Origin: Fimbriimonadia bacterium
GTDB lineage: Bacteria; Armatimonadota; Fimbriimonadia; Fimbriimonadales; JABRVX01
Assembly (NCBI GenBank): GCA_041483895.1
Contig: JBGPGO010000005.1
Span: 1-64,000 of the forward strand
DNA length: 64,000 bases
Reading direction: 5' to 3'
The position numbers and the translations under genes are program-made. The notes under the pieces are model-generated. The model searched no databases, had not been told where the DNA came from, and saw only the letters and a program-made list of their open reading frames with translations. Position 1 is the stretch's first letter. Each line of letters begins with the position of its first letter. This document shows, in pieces, positions 60,107 through 64,000 of this stretch.

Positions 60107-61573
60107 ATCAAACCGATCGATCCACTCGAGCAGGACCGGCCCAAAGAGGAGTGCGGCATCTTCGGCCTGTACTCCCAGTCTTCCGACGCAGCCCGTCTTG
60201 TCTTCTTCGGGCTGTTCAACTTGCAGCATAGAGGCCAGGAAAGCGCCGGGATCGCGGCTTCGGACGGCCATGTTCTCCACATGCATAAGGAAATGGGTCT
60301 CGTCACCCAGGTCTTCAACGAGCAGATCCTTGCCGAGCTTCCCGGTCATATCGCCGTCGGGCACACCCGTTACTCCACGACCGGGTCCAGCGTTTTGCGA
60401 AACGCCCAGCCGATTTTTTGCGCGAGCCAGGTAGGGGACGTTGCCGTCGCGCATAACGGGAACCTGATTAATGCTCAGGCGCTGCGGGAGGAACTAATTT
60501 CCAGGGGTGTCGTTTTCGACTCGACGAGCGATAGCGAGGTCGTAGCGCGGATGATTGCGGTAGAAGACGGCGACTCGCTCGATCAGAAGGTGCTGCGGGC
60601 GGTGGAGCGGTTGGAAGGGGCGTTTTCGCTTGTGATTTTGACCCCGACCCAGCTCATCGGGGTTCGGGATCCGAATGGGGTGCGGCCGCTGGTTTTGGGG
60701 AAGGCCAATGGGGATTGGATTTTGGCATCCGAGACCTGCGCGTTCGGTCCGGTCCGTGGCAAACTGGTGCGGGAGATCGAACCGGGAGAGGTTTTCGTGA
60801 TCGGTCCGGAAGGGACTCGGTCGCTCAAGATGAACAGGGCTGCCAACGAGAAGATGTGCATGTTCGAGATGATTTACTTTGCGCGGCCGGACAGCGTCAT
60901 CGGCGGCCAATTGCTGCATCGGGTTCGGCAGCGGATGGGAATACAGTTGGCGCGCGAGCACCCGGCGGATGTGGATATCGTCGTTCCCGTGCCCGATACC
61001 GGGATCCCGGCGGCGATCGGCTTCAGCCAGGAGAGCGGCATTCCGTTCCAAGAGGCGCTGATCAAGAGCCGATACATTCATCGGACGTTTATCGAGCCGG
61101 AGCAGCGGATGCGCGATATGGGTGTGCGGCTAAAGCTGAATGTGCTATCGGAATATATCGACGGGCAGCGGCTGGTATTGGTGGACGACAGCATCGTACG
61201 CGGCACGACTACCAAGCAGATTGTGAAGCTGCTTTATGAAGGGGGAGCGAAAGAGGTGCATGTGCGAATTACCGCGCCGCCGATTATGCATCCCTGCTTT
61301 TATGGAATTGATATGGCGTCGAAGCGCGAGCTGGTGGCGGCACGGCTTTCCGTGGAGGAGATTTGCGAATCGCTCGGGGCGGACAGCCTGGGATACCTAA
61401 GCGTGGCTGGGCTGCGGGAGGCTGTCGGCGATACGGACGAAAAGTATTGCCTGGCCTGTTTTACGGGCAACTATCCGATCCCGATTCCTAAAGAGCAGCT
61501 TGTCGAAAAAGACATTTTCGAAAAGGTTGCGGAGGATCGGCGAATCTTGGCTCAGTCGCATGGCAAAGGGTAG
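60107..61573 (+). CDS. purF: amidophosphoribosyltransferase (probable ATC start)
   Basis: PKEECGIFG, LQHRGQESAG, GHTRYST, HNGNL, VDDSIVRGTT, PCFYGID, CLACF. Confidence 0.93.
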   Translation: MKPIDPLEQDRPKEECGIFGLYSQSSDAARLVFFGLFNLQHRGQESAGIAASDGHVLHMHKEMGLVTQVFNEQILAELPGHIAVGHTRYSTTGSSVLRNAQPIFCASQVGDVAVAHNGNLINAQALREELISRGVVFDSTSDSEVVARMIAVEDGDSLDQKVLRAVERLEGAFSLVILTPTQLIGVRDPNGVRPLVLGKANGDWILASETCAFGPVRGKLVREIEPGEVFVIGPEGTRSLKMNRAANEKMCMFEMIYFARPDSVIGGQLLHRVRQRMGIQLAREHPADVDIVVPVPDTGIPAAIGFSQESGIPFQEALIKSRYIHRTFIEPEQRMRDMGVRLKLNVLSEYIDGQRLVLVDDSIVRGTTTKQIVKLLYEGGAKEVHVRITAPPIMHPCFYGIDMASKRELVAARLSVEEICESLGADSLGYLSVAGLREAVGDTDEKYCLACFTGNYPIPIPKEQLVEKDIFEKVAEDRRILAQSHGKG

Positions 61574-61574
61574 C

Positions 61575-62561
61575 ATGGCGGAGTTGAGCTACGATGCGGC
61601 CGGAGTGAATATCGACGAGGCAACCGCCGGCCTGGCTTCCGCAAAACCGCTCATCCGATCCACACACACTGCCAATGTGTTGTCCGAGTTGGGCAGCTTC
61701 GGCGGGCTGTTTGCGGCTTCTTTTCCCGGTTATGAGGACCCGGTGCTGGTGGCCAGCATCGATGGCGTGGGGACGAAGACGCTGCTGGCAGAAACCCCGT
61801 CACATTTTCAAGGTCTTGGTCGCGATCTGGTCAACCATTGCGTGAACGATATTCTTTGCCAGGGCGCGCGGCCACTCTTCTTTTTGGATTACTTTGGGAC
61901 CGGCCGATTGCGTGGCGTGGAATTGCAGAGCGTGATTGCGGGCGTTGCGGAGGCATGCAGCGCCGTCGGATGCGCGCTGATTGGCGGCGAGACCGCGGAG
62001 ATGCCGGACGTGTACGCGCCTGGCCGATTTGAGTTGGCTGGGACGGTCGTTGGCGTGGTTGAGCGGTCGCGGGTTTTGCCTAGGTCGGAAATACGGGGCG
62101 GGGATGTACTGATTGGTTTGGCGAGCGATGGGCTGCACACGAACGGGTTTTCTTTGGCGCGGCGGGTGTTTGCGCAAGATTTGGATTCTCTTCGTGAAGA
62201 GCTGCTGGCACCACACCGATGCTATTTTTCGTCCCTGTTTCCGGTGCCTGATGAGATTCTGGCTATCGCTCATATCACCGGTGGCGGGCTGGTGGACAAT
62301 ATCCCACGAGTGCTGCCCGAAGGGACCTATGTCTCGATTGATCGATCAAGTTGGAAGGAACCGGAGATTTTTGTCCAAATTCGCTCGCGCGGCGTGCCCG
62401 ATAGCGAGATGCTCCAAGTATTCAATCTCGGCGTCGGGATGGTGCTCATCGTGCGCCAGGGGACGGAAAAATTGGCGGTCGAACGATTGGGCTCGGTGGG
62501 TGAAACGGCATGGATCATGGGCCGCGTTTTGGAAGGCAATCGCGAGGTTCGATTCGAATGA
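61575..62561 (+). CDS. purM: phosphoribosylformylglycinamidine cyclo-ligase
   Basis: YDAAGVNI, DGVGTK, PLFFLDY, GGETAEMP, GLHTNGFS, HITGGG, FNLGVG. Confidence 0.95.
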   Translation: MAELSYDAAGVNIDEATAGLASAKPLIRSTHTANVLSELGSFGGLFAASFPGYEDPVLVASIDGVGTKTLLAETPSHFQGLGRDLVNHCVNDILCQGARPLFFLDYFGTGRLRGVELQSVIAGVAEACSAVGCALIGGETAEMPDVYAPGRFELAGTVVGVVERSRVLPRSEIRGGDVLIGLASDGLHTNGFSLARRVFAQDLDSLREELLAPHRCYFSSLFPVPDEILAIAHITGGGLVDNIPRVLPEGTYVSIDRSSWKEPEIFVQIRSRGVPDSEMLQVFNLGVGMVLIVRQGTEKLAVERLGSVGETAWIMGRVLEGNREVRFE

Positions 62562-64000
62562 GGCGGCTTGCGATATTTTTTATGCTATTAGTTGCGGCTT
62601 GCGTCTGCGCGCAGGATGCGATGAAAGAGATTCGGGCAGTGTACGACGCGCAGACCCGGCTGGACGCCACCGTAGGGCAGTTTGGCACTCCCCTGCCCTA
62701 CAATCGGGTCGCGACGGAACGCACGGATTTTGCCGCGTTGGCGACGTTGCTTGGACGCCTGCAGGCATTGTCGTATGATCGTTTGACGCCGGACGAACAG
62801 CTTGATTACGACCTGGCTCAGAACATGATTGGCAGGAAGATGGCCGCTCATCGCAGCGCGATGATGGCCACTAGGGTGATGGAAGAGCTTCCGTTTGAGA
62901 GCCTTGTTCGTGGTCTATCGGAATCCGGGGGCGCCGCATCGCCAACGGGCGAGGAACCATCCGCGCTGGGCGAACCGCCGTTTCGTACCATGATCCGAGG
63001 GGAACCCGCCGCGATCGACCAATCGGCACGGCTGGCGGCGTACAAGTTCATGCACAGTTGCACGCGACTCGCCGCGATGCACGCAATGGCACCGGCTTTC
63101 CCCAACTTTGCGGACGCCAAGTTGGCATCGGATCGGGCGAAACAGGCGGCTCGAATCGTCGCCGGCATCGAACGAAAAGTCGCGCCAAAATTGGATGATG
63201 ACACGCGGGGGGACGTGCACAAATCTTCTATGGCGGCGCAGGCTGCGCTAAAAGCAATGGCAGGCACGATCGACGCCGCCGCGAAGACGCTACCCGGCGC
63301 GGATCGGACTTGGGCCATCGGCGAAGATGAGTTCCGCTGGCTGATCACCTACGACTATATGGTGACCAAAACTCCCGACCAATTAATCGAATTGGGATGG
63401 AAGTATTTGCGGCAGACGCAGGCCGACATGCAAGCGTTGGCGCGCAAAATCGATCCGAACAAGACCATCGATCAGATATGGCAGGCGATGGAGGCCCAGC
63501 ATCCGCGCGGCATGGAGATCTTGGATGTCGCCAAGAAAAACATGGCCGATGCGGTGGAACTGATTAAGAAGGAGGGCTTCGTCACCATTCCGTCGTGGGT
63601 GGGGCCTTGTGATTGCCGCGAGGTCGGCGAGGCATCGGCGTTTTTCTATCCCTATGGTTGCTATAATCCGGGCCGGTTGCGAAATGGCACCTACACCGGC
63701 ACATATGTTGTCAACCCTGGGTATCCAAAGTATGGCGATCAGTTAGAGGAACACTATCGCGGCAATAACATATTTTGGTCCCGCGTAGTGGCTGAGCATG
63801 AGGCATGGCCGGGTCATCATCTGCAGGGGGGATATCAGTCGGCCATCACCGATCCGATACGGAAAAACACCTACTCGAATGCCATGGTGGAGGGGTGGGG
63901 ACTGTATACGGAAGACCTCATGTATCGGCACGGGTTTTATCCGGACGATCGGTACCGATTGGCGCAGTTGCGTATGCGTTTGTGGCGCTGCGCGCGCGTG
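62558..64000 (+). CDS. DUF885 family protein (runs off window end)
   Basis: ATGA overlap with purM, signal peptide MRRLAIFFMLLVAAC, in-frame HEAWPGHHLQ and EGWGLYTE motifs. Confidence 0.8.
   Translation, partial: MRRLAIFFMLLVAACVCAQDAMKEIRAVYDAQTRLDATVGQFGTPLPYNRVATERTDFAALATLLGRLQALSYDRLTPDEQLDYDLAQNMIGRKMAAHRSAMMATRVMEELPFESLVRGLSESGGAASPTGEEPSALGEPPFRTMIRGEPAAIDQSARLAAYKFMHSCTRLAAMHAMAPAFPNFADAKLASDRAKQAARIVAGIERKVAPKLDDDTRGDVHKSSMAAQAALKAMAGTIDAAAKTLPGADRTWAIGEDEFRWLITYDYMVTKTPDQLIELGWKYLRQTQADMQALARKIDPNKTIDQIWQAMEAQHPRGMEILDVAKKNMADAVELIKKEGFVTIPSWVGPCDCREVGEASAFFYPYGCYNPGRLRNGTYTGTYVVNPGYPKYGDQLEEHYRGNNIFWSRVVAEHEAWPGHHLQGGYQSAITDPIRKNTYSNAMVEGWGLYTEDLMYRHGFYPDDRYRLAQLRMRLWRCARV

Overview
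A GC-rich chromosomal window of mostly housekeeping genes, probably from an Armatimonadota (Fimbriimonadia-like) bacterium. That placement is inferred from the prepilin H-X9-DG-type protein, the PEP-CTERM protein, shared dockerin-like C-termini and the futalosine genes. Recognisable genes include prpB/prpC, ftsY, tRNA-Sec, galT, lgt, era, mqnA/mqnP, a MoxR-DUF58-transglutaminase operon, holA, gyrB, rbfA-nrnA-truB, waaA, hemW, tryptophanase, SOD, tmRNA and purF/purM, plus several secreted proteins. No transposase, integrase, prophage or CRISPR array was seen. The main unexplained signal is a set of at least seven short palindromic repeat families (named A-G here). Besides filling intergenic gaps, they have accumulated as in-frame mosaic insertions of about 40-110 aa inside four housekeeping genes (era, mqnA, waaA, hemW). 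One family (C) is a ~60-65 bp element with conserved inverted ends around a variable core of fixed length (39-41 nt). Smaller oddities are a purF with no canonical start codon before its catalytic Cys (ATC start likely) and a HAD phosphatase split by one in-frame TAG.
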